This document shows positions 62,773-64,000 of a DNA stretch of 64,000 nucleotides, piece after piece. The stretch's first letter is position 1, and each line of letters opens with the position of its first letter. Source of the stretch: Eledone cirrhosa (taxonomy: Eukaryota); NCBI GenBank assembly GCA_964016885.1, contig OZ024754.1, positions 31,930,001 through 31,994,000 on the forward strand, in the 5' to 3' direction. The notes under the pieces were generated by a model. It did not search any database. It saw only the letters and a program-made list of their open reading frames with translations, and had not been told where the DNA came from. The position numbers and the translations under genes are program-made.

Positions 62773-63145
62773 AGAGAAAAATACACCCAGTCCACCCTGT
62801 GAGGTTGTTGTGTTGGTGACACGAGAAAAATACACCCAGTTCACCCCGTGAGGTTGTTGTGTTGGTGACACGAGAGAAATACACCCAGTCCACCATGTAA
62901 AATGGTTGTGTTGGTGACATGAGAAAAAAGTACCCACTCCACTCTGTAAGTTGATCATGGGGGTGGCACGAAAAAATAAACCATCCAGTTCACTCTGTAA
63001 TATGGTTGTGTTGGTGACGTGAGGAACAAAAGCACACAGTCTGCTCTGTAAGGTGGTTGTGCTGGTGACACAATGAAAAAGCATCCAGTCCACTGTTAAA
63101 TGGTCATTTTGGTGCAATGATAAAAAGTACTCAGTCCAGACTGTA
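62773..63145. repeat. ~50-bp tandem repeat (about 7 increasingly diverged copies) between SINE fragments
   Basis: GAGAAAAATACACCCAGTCCACCCTGTGAGGTTGTTGTGTTGGTGACAC. Confidence 0.8.
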
Positions 63146-63765
63146 TCATGGTTGGCATTTGGAAGGGCATCCAACCATAGACACCAAGCCAAAATACGGA
63201 TCTGTGTGAGCATGACATGTTCACCTGATCTGATTTGTCTCATATATACGAGAACCCATCTAATCCATGCAAGCATGGAAAATAGAGATTAAACGATGAT
63301 ATATACACATCATCGTTTAATGTCTATTCTGTGTTTGTATATATATATACATACATACACACACACACACACATTTACTTTCTCTTACACCATATCTTTT
63401 GTATATTTTACAGTTATATTGAATGTTCCATTACACTACCTGTCATAGAAGAACAGTGATTTCATCAGAACATCTGCTACATTTTATGGACATTGCATAT
63501 TGTTTAAGCCTACAGAGCATCCATTAACCATATCCATGCTTATTTATGTCAAAATAAGTCTTTCTTTTTTCTACAAAAATATGTCTGCAACTTGGAAAGG
63601 ACACAGTCAGCAACAAATATTCCAGTAATGAGTTGAAAATATGTCTTCATTGTATATATTCTACATTTGTAAACAGAGTCCCATGATATCCAAAACAAGA
63701 CCTGAACTATAATAGATTATAATCTTGGACATTTCTTAGCTTTTAAGAAATCCTAGAGAATTAAT

Positions 63766-64000
63766 ATGGAAGATGTCAATCACTTGGACACTTTGAACAC
63801 AGGTGTTTCTAAAAGCATAGATGCATTTACACAGACATACAGTAGTGAGAAACCTTTACGTAGTGAAAAGTTTGCTAAAACAAGATCATTGCGCAAAAAT
63901 ATTACAAAATATCGCTGTGACATTTGTAGAAGAAAGTTCGCTTCAAAATGTGAGGTCTCTGCACACAAAGAAAGACACAAGAGTGAAAAATCCTACCATT
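63766..64000 (+). CDS. C2H2 zinc-finger protein, 5' part (runs off window)
   Basis: MEDVNHLDTL...YRCDICRRKFASKCEVSAHKERHKSEKSYH: a C-X2-C-X12-H-X3-H finger plus TGEKPY-like linker. Confidence 0.8.
   Translation, partial: MEDVNHLDTLNTGVSKSIDAFTQTYSSEKPLRSEKFAKTRSLRKNITKYRCDICRRKFASKCEVSAHKERHKSEKSYH

Overview
Repeat-dense animal DNA, most likely from an octopus or other coleoid cephalopod. This is inferred from the SINE/LINE types, the extreme (TA)n/(GT)n/(AG)n content and a C2H2 zinc-finger exon. Host genes: (1) a minus-strand SLC22/organic-cation-transporter gene with FIVE tandem copies of coding exon 1 (29.9-38.4 kb) upstream of a single set of exons 2-4 (22.0-19.9 kb); its 3' exons were not found in the window; (2) the start of a plus-strand C2H2 zinc-finger ORF at the right edge. 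Mobile DNA: a Penelope-like GIY-YIG remnant, a 5'-truncated CR1-group LINE, a full-length RTE LINE with a seamless 5' inversion, a head-to-tail stack of Tx1/L1-clade LINEs all sitting in (GATA)n, CRE-like fragments, a non-autonomous Helitron and many SINEs. The most unusual structures are a ~510-bp tandem array (about 6.5 copies plus an inverted copy) carrying a type I hammerhead ribozyme motif in each complete unit, many more hammerhead motifs in (TA)n-flanked cassettes (mostly sense to SLC22), and multi-kb strand-polarised (TA)nC arrays with fold-back ends. The long YI/HI/VC ORFs are microsatellite artefacts.
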